A DNA stretch of 62,129 nucleotides, filler included, from Sphacelaria rigidula (taxonomy: Eukaryota): NCBI GenBank assembly GCA_964200075.2. It is 9 parts of 9 records of this genome, joined end to end, with 100 filler letters (N's around TTAATTAATTAA, not from the genome) between each part and the next. Parts side by side here need not be neighbours in the genome. Positions count along the whole stretch, not along the records: positions 48,402 to 55,215 come from CAXNAA020017947.1; positions 55,316 to 62,129 come from CAXNAA020017948.1; 7 more parts are not named here. The stretch is one strand, 5' to 3'. This document shows positions 52,082-62,129 of this stretch, piece after piece (position 1 is the first letter of the stretch; every line of letters starts with the position of its first letter). A program made the translations under genes and the position numbers. Below the pieces are notes generated by a model, which had not been told where the DNA came from, ran no database searches, and was given only the letters and a program-made list of their open reading frames with translations.

Positions 52082-53200
52082 CACACGTCGGACGATTCAT
52101 TACTCGTCGAAACGAGTGCACTCGTTAATATTTCTTGAAAACACCACGAGTACGGCTCGTGTGCTCGAGTTATTTATTCGTCTCCACCAAGACCGACGAC
52201 TCGTGTACTGGAGTCATGATTTTTTCCACCACGAACAGTTACTCGAGTGCTAGACCTATGAATTTTCTCCGCCACGAGCAATTACTCGAGCGCTCGCCCT
52301 ATCAATTTTTGCCACTACGAGCGATGACTTGAATACTCGCCCAACTATTTTTTGCCACTACGAGCAATGACTCGAGTATTCGCCCTATATTTTTTTCACA
52401 CGCCGGACGAGCACGAGTATGACTAGTGGCACTCACACTCGTTGGGCTGCTCGTTGGCGGTAAAAATTGATAAGGTGAGTACTCGAGTCATTGCTCGCTG
52501 TGAAAAAAAATAATAGGGCGAGCACTCGAGTCATTGTTCATGATGAATGACTTGAGTGGAGTAGCCAGCAATCCGACGAGCAAATAATTGTAATGAGCCC
52601 TTCGACGATCTTGAACCTAGAATCTTCAAGGAAATATGCTTAGGGTTAGTTTTCAGTTTATCCAAGCACCCCCACACACATAGTGATCAGAGTTTTACCA
52701 AAGCAGCGGAGAGTACCTCTCGAGTAGTACATCTACATTTTTTTAGGGCGAGCACTCGAGTCATTGCTCGCTGTAAAAACAAAATGACTAGAGTACACGA
52801 GTGATTGCTCGTTCTTGAAAAAAATGACTCGAGCACACGAGTCATTGCTCGTTGTGAAAAAACTGAATGACTCGAGCGCACGAGTCGTTGCTCGTTGTAA
52901 AAAGAAACGATGCCTCGAGTACACGAGTTTTGCTCGTTGTGTTTTAAAAAACGTCCACGAGTGCAGTCGTTTCGACGACTAATGATTAGTCCGACGTGTG
53001 ATTGTTCTTCATCACGAGCAATGATTCGCGTACTCGCCCTATTAATGTATTTCCACAAGGACCAATGACTCGTGTACTCGCCCTCTTCATTTTTTTTCAT
53101 CACGAGCAATGATTCTAGCACTAATCCTAATACTTTTTCTCACCACGAGCAGCCCAACGAGTGCAAGCCACGATTCATCCTCGTGTTCGTCCGACGTGTG
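52082..53200. mobile_element. TIR element with 8-bp TSD and ACGAGCAATGACTCGAGT internal repeats, containing an inverted copy of its own family (52397..53000)
   Basis: Ends CACACGTCGGACGA / TCGTCCGACGTGTG; perfect TSD AAAACTTG (52074..52081, 53201..53208); motif fragments recur at ~61960..62020. Confidence 0.85.
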
Positions 53201-55215
53201 AAAACTTGACTATCTTCTTCCATCGTAGGGACGAGGGTTAGAACGGCGTGGTGAGGTGGCCAACCCCCTCGCGGACGCGGTCATAGACCCAATGCATGTA
53301 CAAAGCTGCGCATTGTCCGAGTCCTTTTCACGTCGCATTGTGGGCAGAGAGAACAGATGGTACTGCCTTGGAGGTTCTGCATGTTGCCCGCTCCTCTCTC
53401 ACATCCTGCTGCATGAAACATGCAGACACGAACTCAATATGCACTGCATTCAAACAGCGCAGACAGTACGGACTGTCCGTATTGTTCACAAACGGCCATA
53501 TACCGCTTCACGAATTTCACCGTCCTTTTCCGATAAAAAGCTTGAAAATTCGCTTCGACCCAAATCGAGTTACAATATCGAATTTCGCTGAAATTACTTG
53601 CCATCGCTCGTTTTTTTCGATGAAAAAGTGCTGCAAGACACTCACTCAGCACGTTATGCCGTCGGTGCGCGAACTGCCATAGATGCCTCCACCAAAGTGC
53701 GTCGACACTATGCTCGAACGCCGTGCGGAATCTACGAAATAGAACGATTTCAACGGTTTGGTGATTGCGGCGTTTTCTACATGTATTTTCTGTCGAAAGC
53801 CCTAGTGAGAGCTCCTAACCCGTGTAAAGTACTGCCATCGCATACGAAAGAAGTCGTATCTCTTAATAGTGCTATGCGCTCGGGCCATGTTTTTGTCGAA
53901 ACAAGTGATATCGGAATGAAGTTGGGAGCTCACATGCACAAGGTAAAGAAGACAAACCTTGGGGGATGGAATCCACATTTCGTCCATCCAACTGGTGATG
54001 AAAGTCCCATGACACCAGCAGGGCGCGGCAGCAGTATTGTGCTACGATAGGAGTAGTTTTCTGTCGAACCGCGGGTTCGCATTCACATATTGTCTGTGCT
54101 CTGGGATGAACACTACCTCTTGCCTCCGTACTTCAGCGCCCATCTCCCACACCAAATTATGTTCATGCCTGTCATTCCGGCGACAGAATGTCGTGGCCGG
54201 CGCACGTTGTGCGTGCACCGCTGTGATGCACACTGCATCCGCGCCACACCTTCGGCGATGCACACGATACTCGCGCTGTTTTTTTTCTGTCTTCCATATT
54301 TCATTGCGCTCACCGTGTCCTTGCCGCGCCCATCACCTCTAACCCTTGACTCCCTGTGCAGACGGCCTTCAGGTCAAGGAAATCGCTCGGAGCACATGGA
54401 TGGAGGGTGCAGATACCTCGGCGGGACTGTTTCACCGCGGCATGCCCCGTCCTGTGGGTCGGGGATGGAGAAATTCCGTCGGCGGTACGCGAGGCTTTCG
54501 CCTGGCTGTGGGATAGGGGGTCCTGTGAATTTGCCAGGCGTCTACGGAAAGCCTCCACGCTGTCGGTGTGAAGGATGTAACAACTCCGTGATAAGTGGAC
54601 GGAGGGGGGGGCGGGAAGTTAAACCTCACTTTGGATCCACGATAGTCTGCCCCGCCGGAAGTTGGGGTGACGATTCCTACCCGCCTGTCACGAAGAATTT
54701 CAACTCTTTCTGTGGTCGTGGTGAATTCTTTGTCCCCACATGTCGGCGCCGACGCGTTGTGGTGTTGGGGGCGGCAGCGATGCGTGAGGATGGCTGCTGT
54801 CGGGGTTCGCGGATGTGTTGCGCTCCATGCCGGAGTATGGAGTCGTGTGATGAATTCGGCGCATATCGCACAATAGGTATCCCTGTTTGACCCACTGAGT
54901 CGCGGACTTGGGCCGTGGGTTCTGGGTAAGAGGCGCCTCGTATTGCGTGGTTCAGTTGTCCTCTGTGGCGCGGTGTTCGGCGGGCTGATTTGTTTTTGTC
55001 CTCCTCGGCTTTCTTCGTATTTTGTAGCCTTCCTCAGCGTGTGTTCTTTGTTGTCGGTGTCTGTGATTGTCTGTATATTATCTCGGTCTCTTGGGGGCTG
55101 GGGGTGTGTGGTTTATAACTGTGGTAGTGAGGTCTACACATAACAGTGTTTTCGTGAGATTGAGAGTGAAAAGCGGTCAATCAGCGAATGAATCGTTTCA
55201 GTTCCGAAATGCACT

Positions 55216-55315
55216 NNNNNNNNNNNNNNNNNNNNNNNNNNNNNNNNNNNNNNNNNNNNTTAATTAATTAANNNNNNNNNNNNNNNNNNNNNNNNNNNNN
55301 NNNNNNNNNNNNNNN
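55216..55315. other. Artificial contig spacer
   Basis: 44N-TTAATTAATTAA-44N. Confidence 0.98.
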
Positions 55316-55384
55316 AGAGACAGCCATGGCTTTTACACTGCCTCATGGGTGTCTAACCAGGCTGGAGGGGGGGGGGGGTTGGGG

Positions 55385-56570
55385 GTGTATGAATTTGTTG
55401 CTTGCCTTTTTCGTTTGACGATTGAACACACACCCTTTTCGAGAAGGTTCTCTAGTGGGGGGAAGGGAGGGGGGGCGTCCTCATTTGCTGCTTACCTTGA
55501 TGGTTGGACCTTTGACCACGCATCTTTTTCGAGACGGAGCACCGTAGCACCGGGGGATCGTCCTCAATTTCTGCTTGCCCCAGTCGTTTGACCATTGACC
55601 ACGCATCCCTTTCGGGATAGGGCACCGTCCCTACTCCAAATAGAAACACCTGCAACGTTCAGGCGCCCATTGCGTTTCTTCCATTTATTACACAAAAACG
55701 GTTCGCGTATCTTATTCTCGTCCTGTTTCGCCGTCTCTGGCCACCATCTATCTCCTAGCACAACCATCGTATTTTCGCTGTCTAATGCATAAAACGATTT
55801 CATGCCACCTTCGTTCGCGTCCCGCCCTTCCCTCTCTAGCACGTCCCGTTCCTCCTTGTACAGTTCACATTCTGCCACTAAATGACTTCTCCTCCTTATT
55901 GCTTTGCCAAAGGGACAATCCTGTGCATCTACTTTCTCCTTCTCTCGACGACTGGTAAATCTCTTCTTTGTGGCAGGTTCAGGTCCCCCACCCGAGATTG
56001 CAGCTTCAAATTTTCGCCGCGTCCATCGGGCCATGCAAATATGTTTCCATCCTTACCCCCTCTCCCAATCCCTCATATATCTTCTGTGTTCTTCCTCGTC
56101 TACTTTGCGTCTGAGGGCTTCTTCTCCCCTTATTTCCATCATGTCTCTCACTCTCCCGCTCCGTTTACCCGTGGAGTACGCCCTAGGATTGGTTTTCATT
56201 AGCTATGGATACTCTCCATCCTACTCTTTTCACCCATGCCGACACCTTACTTGTTTCCATCCTTGCCCAACTCTTGCTTGCGCTCTGTTTTAGCGTGTCT
56301 CGGGAGTGTTCTTCCTCCCTTTCTACTTTTCCTCTCGCCAAACAGTGTAGTCCAACTCCATCGCAATTCCTTTACTCTATTTTCGTCATTTCGCTACGAA
56401 CTCCGAATACCAGCACTACTAGTATTACACACGTCCACACTTTACTTCTCCATACGCCCTTTCTCGCCGTCTCTATCTCGATCTCTATCGAGAGAATCTC
56501 CAGCTTGTTCGTTTCGAGGGTATTGGTGGGATGCAGTCAACGTACTGGAACATGCCAATCCTAGTACTTG
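55385..56570 (-). mobile_element. LINE family B 3' remnant (C-terminal CCHC-like region), decayed
   Basis: CPFGKAI...SHLVAECELYKEERD...LGDRWWP...SRKGCVVNG resembles the zinc-knuckle end of a non-LTR ORF2; the terminal motif recurs locally and elsewhere in the window. The upstream boundary is approximate. Confidence 0.7.
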
Positions 56571-59103
56571 TTGCGGGTCTGGTGTCTTGAAGTGGGGAGG
56601 AAGATTAGATGGCGATGGATAGCCCCATCCTGTTTTCGGACAAGAAGGAGCCTCCTGCCCAGTCCTTATTGCCCGCGGCACTATTTGGCCCATAGGCACG
56701 CTCAAAAGTTGATGAAAGTCGATTGATTTGCTTTGCCTAGGCAATGGCCGTGTCTCCTTTGCGTTAGGATTAGATGTTGATTGATCCAGGAGGAGCACAG
56801 GCAGAGCCCGTATCTGTCTTTTGCCACTATCTCATTCCGGCAAAAAAAAGGATGCGTCGCCCCAATTTCGTCTTTATCTTTTTTGTTGCCGTAAGAAATG
56901 TCGGGATCAACTTCTGTCCAGCCCACATGGTACTCTTTTTCTAGCCGTAGTGGCCGAGTGCAACACACAGGAGAGATGAGGAAATGGCAAGATATTTACC
57001 GGTCTAGTACAACTTGCCCGAGTATCTGACGCAGGAAGATCTTGTTCTGCTCTGTCGTATATGTGCATAAAGCATGCAGCATGGAAGTATGTTCTTTGTG
57101 TTGGCTTGCTCGGTGAAATAAACGGAGCGCACGCTTCACCAGTGGGCGTGACCGACGCAATGCCGCCCGTCCAACTATCAATGCTGCAGTGCGTCGCGTA
57201 GTGTGTTTCACGCTCTTCGGCCTTGCGCTTGCTGCACAGATAGCGTGCGTTGCTCTGTGACTGCCGTACTGCGTAGTAATATGTTGTGCACTCAACACTA
57301 TACAGTCAGTTTGTGCATTTCCGTTATATTTCAGGTCATAGTGAGCCCAGCATACACGCGCCGACGTCATATAGTACCCCGCCAAGCACAATATATGTGG
57401 CGACGATTTGTAGCATCACCAATGCAGCTGATGAACACCATCGATAGCCACGACATGGCACAGCTCAGCAGCAGATTCGTATCATCCCGACGATGAACAC
57501 TGTGTGTCTTCGGGAACTCAGGCTCTTGTAAATCCTATTTTATACAATCAGGAATCATGTGTAGTACAGACCCTCGAAAAGTATGGAGTTACGGCGACCA
57601 AATACTTCCCGTCCACGCCACAGCGCAGCCGATGAAGCATTTTTGGACATCACACCGCCGGCTCATTTACCGCGTTCCTCTAGTGAATCTCGGAGTTGCT
57701 TCGTCCATCCAGGGTACTATTGTGGCTGCAATACATTTGCCGACGATGTTCGTGGCACTGCCACTAATTTGTGCAACCATGAACCCAAGAGGAAGGTAAA
57801 AACAAGAGGCTGGCGCGAACCCCGCACCCGCAGGTACCTTGGCACGCCGGCGCGCACCTGTTGAAATCTTTGCCTGCTAGTACCAACAAAGAACCGTGTT
57901 TCTGCGATGCGTCTCGGCGTTGTCGTAGCATATGGTGCCATGTAGACCGAGTGTGCATCTAAACGGTGATATTAGATCTTGTCACTGCAGTACTCTTAAT
58001 GCCAACTCACTGTATAGCTTTTGTTTCAGTTTTGATCACCACAGTGGCAAGTAATTCAACTCTCTGGGAGACTCCACAAATCTTGCAAGGAGCGGACGCA
58101 ATCGTTGCACAAGTCGGATACTACCAAAACTTTCCCAGAGGCTGCAGAGTGATACTGACAGCACAGTCACCTGGGTAGATTTTCGGTCAGCGATGGAGGT
58201 CTTGCCACAGCTGATACGATCAAAACCCTTTCAGGATTGTTGCTGGTGTGACTTAGATATCGATTTCCAGACAAACCTCGTTTATTATCGTCATTGCTCT
58301 CCCGGAGTTCGCAACACAGACCAGCAGCTGATACTCTGTAGCGGCTTGAAGAGCTGTAGCGGCTTGCAGAGCCCCTGCAGTAATACGTGCGGTACATTAT
58401 ATACACGCGCTTTCGAGTCCTCCAGTCCAAGAGTTCAACATCGCCGTGACCCTTCTCCTGAGCCATGTATGACCCGTGCATTTTTGCAGGCGATGTTTAA
58501 CACAAAAGCTGCCCATCCCTCACCACACGCGCCCGTTTTATGTTTACTCACGTGCATTGCGTATGTGATGCTGCATAGCGATCGCTGAATCCTTCGGTGA
58601 TGTCGTCTGCCTCTTCACTTTGCACAATGATTTCTAGCTGGCTCGTTCTGTCTGACGTACAAACCCTGAGTTCTGTATCACTGAATACATCAATGTCAGA
58701 TATATGTGATACGGCTGAGTATGCTTTAGCAGTGGCGTTGTACTTCACATGTTTTGTGTATTGACCATCCTGCTATTGTTGTATATTTCATCCCAATCCG
58801 CTCTCGATCCCTTCCGCGATTATGTAGAGAACGTCCCATCCCATGGACTCATTTTGCGAGTATCTTTGTAATTTTCGGGGTCAGCTTTACATGGAGAGTC
58901 GTTTGCGTGTGACGGCAGGCGGCTATATTTTTTCCGGAGTATGTGCCGTGAAAGTAACGCCACCTGTTCTGCGAGGCGTTTCAACTCACTTTCACCCGTG
59001 GCTCACGAGGTATTTTCTGCCGTTGTGATGTTTGTGCTTCCGTGAGCAGTTGGTTTCCAAGGGAGCACGACACGGAGGACCCCGTGGTTGACGTAGCCAG
59101 AGA

Positions 59104-61437
59104 GTGTGCATTACCAAAGGTTGCTCCAAGCCGTCATCTCGTGGTGTACAGGGCTACGAGGCGGAGGTCTGCTCCAACCACGCCAGGGTAGAAAAGATGG
59201 ATGTGAACAAGAAGTGCGGCTACGACCGCTGCTCCACGCTTCCGTCGTATGGCGTGGCGGGGAGCAAGAAGGCAGAGTTCTGCTCCAAGCATGCGAGGTC
59301 GGGAATGGTTAATGTGGTGAAGAAGAAGTGCGGCTATGAGAGCTGCTCGACAAAGCCGTCGTATGGCGTAGCGGGAAGTAACAAGGCGGAGTTTTGCTCC
59401 AAGCATGTGAGAGAGGGAATGGTGAATGTGGTAAGCAAGAAGTGCGGCTATGAGGGCTGCTCCACGCAGCCGTCGTATGGTGTAGCAGGGAGCAAGGCGG
59501 AGTTCTGCTCCAAGCATGCGACGATGGGAATGGTGAATGTGGTGGACAAGAGGTGCGGCTATGAAGGCTGCTTCACGCTTCCGTCGTATGGCGTGGCGGG
59601 GAGCAAGAAGACGGAGTTCTGCTCCAAGCATGCGAGGTCGGGAATGGTGAATGTGGTGAAGAAGAAGTGCGGCTATGAGGGCTGCTCGACGAAACCGTCG
59701 TATGGTGTAGCAGGGAGCAAGAAGGCGGAGTTTTGCTCCAAGCATGCGACGATGGGAATGGTGAATGTGGTAAACAGGTGCGGCTACGAGGGCTGCTTCA
59801 CGCACCGGTCGTTTGGCGTGGTGGGGAGCAAGAAGGCGGAGTTCTGCTCCAAGCATGCGACGATGGGAATGGTGAAGGTGGTGGACAAGAAGTGCGACTA
59901 CGAGGCCTGCATCAAGCAGTCGTCGTATGGTGTGGCGGGGAGCAAAAAGGCGGAATTCTGCCTCAAGCATGCGAGGTCGGGAATGGTGAATGTTGTGCAC
60001 AGGACGTGCGGCTACGAAGGCTGCTCGACGAAGCCGTCGTATGGTGTAGCTGGAAGTAACACGGCCGAGCTCTGCTCCACGCATGCGAGGTCGGCAATGG
60101 TGAATGTGGTGAACAAGAAGTGCGGCTACGTGGGCTGCTCCACGCTTCCGTCGTATGGTGTAGCGGGAAGTAACAAGGCGGAGTTCTGCTCCAAGCATGC
60201 GAGGTCGGCAATGGTGGATGTTAAGCACATGAAGTGCGCCTACGTGGGCTGCTCGACCATGCCGTCGTATGGTGTAGATGGAAGTAACAAGGCAGAGTTC
60301 TGCTCGAAGCATGCGAGTTCGGGAATGGTGAACGTGGTGAACAAGAAGTGCGGCTGTGAGGGCTGCTCCACGAAGCCGTCGTATGGTGTAGCGGGAAGTA
60401 ACAAGGCCGAGTTCTGCTCCACGCATGCGAGGTCGGGAATGGTGAATGTGGTGAACAAGAAGTGCGGCCACGTGGGCTGCTCCACTATTCCGTCGTATGG
60501 TGTAGCGGGAAGAAATAAGGCCGAGTTCTGCTCCAAGCATGCGAGGTCGGGAATGGTGAATGTTAAGCACAGGAAGTGCGGCTACGAAGGCTGCTCCACG
60601 CTTCCGTCGTATGGTGTAGCGGGAAGTAACAAGGCCGTGTTCTGCTCCAAGCATGCGAGTTCGGGAATGGTGAACGTGGTGAACAAGAAGTGCGGCTACG
60701 AAGGCTGCTCGACCAAGTCATCGTTTGGTGTGGCGGCAAACATGAAAGCGGGGTTCTGCCCCAAGCATGCGAGATCAGGAATATTAGACGTGGTGAGCGA
60801 GAAGTGTGAGAAGGGGTGGTTGAAATCAACTGTCGATAAGAGGCACACCGTTGATGAGGCGAAGGTCTGCCGACAACATACCTTTGCACACGATACAGCT
60901 GCGGCGCCCGACACCGCGAAGCTTCACAGTGGGGAGGGCACCCCCCTCCATAGTCCAACAAAGGTTGATGGAGGAAGCGTTGCCGATGTACGAGGAACAA
61001 AACGCAAGCACCCGGGATTCTCGGGTTCTGTTATAAACGACGGTGTTGGTGCTCGCCGGAGTGCGTTTGCCGGTCCCAGGCAGGTCGTCAGAACAAAACA
61101 TCCGGCTTCTGGGGCTGGTGAGATGTTTTTAGAGGCGAGTGCAGGAGATTGGATGGAGGTAAAGCTAGCAGTCCGTTCTGCAACACACGGTGGCGATACG
61201 GGCAGGGAGGGTCGCGAGCAGCCCGGCCGTTCGATTGATTGGACCAACGAGGGTCGTCGTAGTAGTGTCTTTGGCAGTGGCAGTATCAGTTCGGGGCGGC
61301 TTTGTGGTTCGCCGGCCATGGCACGTGGACGCCTGGGCACGTTTCATGTGGACTTTGAACAGGTGGAGGAGAATTCGAACGTGAAGTTGGAGCTCGGAGT
61401 GTCTAGTCGTCCTCCTCGGGCATACGACACATTGTAG
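59104..61437 (+). CDS. EsV-1-7 cysteine-rich repeat protein (14 intact + 2 degenerate 38-aa repeats, low-complexity C-terminal tail)
   Basis: 777-codon open frame with consensus CGYEGCSTxPSYGVAGSxKAEFCSKHARSGMVNVVxKK, the EsV-1-7 motif known from Ectocarpus virus 1 and brown algal genes such as IMMEDIATE UPRIGHT. Start uncertain: GTG 59104, splice acceptor at 59100, or ATG 59197. Confidence 0.92.
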   Translation: MCITKGCSKPSSRGVQGYEAEVCSNHARVEKMDVNKKCGYDRCSTLPSYGVAGSKKAEFCSKHARSGMVNVVKKKCGYESCSTKPSYGVAGSNKAEFCSKHVREGMVNVVSKKCGYEGCSTQPSYGVAGSKAEFCSKHATMGMVNVVDKRCGYEGCFTLPSYGVAGSKKTEFCSKHARSGMVNVVKKKCGYEGCSTKPSYGVAGSKKAEFCSKHATMGMVNVVNRCGYEGCFTHRSFGVVGSKKAEFCSKHATMGMVKVVDKKCDYEACIKQSSYGVAGSKKAEFCLKHARSGMVNVVHRTCGYEGCSTKPSYGVAGSNTAELCSTHARSAMVNVVNKKCGYVGCSTLPSYGVAGSNKAEFCSKHARSAMVDVKHMKCAYVGCSTMPSYGVDGSNKAEFCSKHASSGMVNVVNKKCGCEGCSTKPSYGVAGSNKAEFCSTHARSGMVNVVNKKCGHVGCSTIPSYGVAGRNKAEFCSKHARSGMVNVKHRKCGYEGCSTLPSYGVAGSNKAVFCSKHASSGMVNVVNKKCGYEGCSTKSSFGVAANMKAGFCPKHARSGILDVVSEKCEKGWLKSTVDKRHTVDEAKVCRQHTFAHDTAAAPDTAKLHSGEGTPLHSPTKVDGGSVADVRGTKRKHPGFSGSVINDGVGARRSAFAGPRQVVRTKHPASGAGEMFLEASAGDWMEVKLAVRSATHGGDTGREGREQPGRSIDWTNEGRRSSVFGSGSISSGRLCGSPAMARGRLGTFHVDFEQVEENSNVKLELGVSSRPPRAYDTL
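59215..60804 (+). repeat. Coding tandem repeat array, 114-bp unit x14 (two units 111 bp)
   Basis: All unit-length changes are whole codons, so the frame is preserved. Confidence 0.95.
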
Positions 61438-62129
61438 GTGACACTCAGTGTTGCGCCAAAAACAAAAAGTAAAATGTTGGCCGATTTTCGTGTGCAAGTC
61501 ATCGTATAAAATACCAGCTTAGAGCATCCCTAAAGTAGGTATTATCCGCACGATCGAGGAGTCCCTTGGGGAGGATCTACGGCCCAACACGCGGCATATC
61601 TCAAATTCAATGTTTGAGGCTGGATCGTCGGCGCAAGTCGCAGGCTGAAAAAGTGATCATGTCCCGCGTTCGGTGTTTTGCATGGTGTTGCTCGGTACGG
61701 GTGCCTTGCCGTCCCCATGGCACGCCGACGGTTCGCGGCCACGGTTCGTGTTCCCGCCCGTCACCACTCCCAGGATGTAGTTCAAGGAGTGTGGAATTCG
61801 CCTTGAAGAGAAGCATCTCAATTGCTTTCAGCATAAATAAGAACGGCGTGATCGTTTGCATGCATGCATGTCTGGCGGCGCAGGTGGTGGCTTTGACTTT
61901 GAAAACTTGGACTCGACCATTATAAAGTGCAGTATAATTGCTGACGTTATGTACTATCGACTCGAGTGCTCGCCCTTTTTTGTTTTTTCACAACGAGCAA
62001 TGACTCGAGTGCTTGCGCTATCAACCCTTCTGGGACCGACCCCCCACTAAGACGGGGTTGATCATGTAGAGGGAAATGTACCAATTAAGATACGCTTCAG
62101 GCACCTGGCGGGAAAAACTCTATATCTTG

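Noticed and set aside
52082-53200. Short repeats with variable spacers resembling a CRISPR array (also 39231..39788, 49600..50145, 12455..12700)
   Set aside because: Repeats are degenerate and irregularly spaced, and most are enclosed by TIRs/TSDs, so they fit transposon internal motifs.
54090-54890. 266-aa ORF (and similar long ORFs at 9803..10567, 37837..38436, 31944..32603)
   Set aside because: No recognisable domain; the similar ORFs overlap SINEs, MITEs or homopolymer tracts and look like chance open frames.
6860-55271. TTAATTAATTAA recurring every ~6914 bp as a biological periodic signal
   Set aside because: It is always centred in a 100-bp N spacer and is a six-frame stop linker added during concatenation.
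56800-58769. Possible multi-exon minus-strand gene upstream of the EsV-1-7 ORF (e.g. AG/GT-bounded open segment 58552..58769)
   Set aside because: Candidate exons could not be joined in consistent phase and no protein family was recognisable; RNA-seq is needed.
59134-60654. 506-aa antisense ORF over the EsV-1-7 array
   Set aside because: Shadow frame of a GC3-rich coding repeat, with no independent protein features.
59215-60804. CRISPR-like array
   Set aside because: Units are contiguous 114-bp coding repeats without unique spacers, there are no cas genes, and the context is eukaryotic.

Overview
This is eukaryotic DNA, most likely brown algal (Phaeophyceae-like, inferred from the EsV-1-7 repeat protein, the LINE families and the intron-rich genes). 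It is not a contiguous locus. Eight identical 100-bp spacers (44 N + TTAATTAATTAA + 44 N) split it into nine contigs of 6815 or 6814 bp, which points to a size-sorted concatenation of unplaced contigs, so neighbourhood across a spacer carries no information. Most of the sequence is transposon-derived: a decayed Ty1/Copia element nested in a chromodomain-type Ty3/Gypsy integrase, a second Gypsy remnant, two LINE families, tRNA-derived SINEs, Helitron-like 3' ends, and many MITE/foldback elements, several with 8-bp target-site duplications (TSDs). Host genes visible are a spliced mitochondrial carrier (SLC25A1/CTP1-like, minus strand), two exons of a PAP/fibrillin gene, a possible Trp-periodic helical exon, and an uninterrupted 777-codon ORF with 14 intact and 2 degenerate EsV-1-7 (C-x4-C-x16-C-x2-H) repeats. 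That array is the most interesting feature: a near-invariant scaffold with a few hypervariable positions, evidence of block duplication, and a tail with NLS-like and SUMO-consensus motifs, which suggests a modular recognition protein in the style of zinc-finger or TALE arrays.
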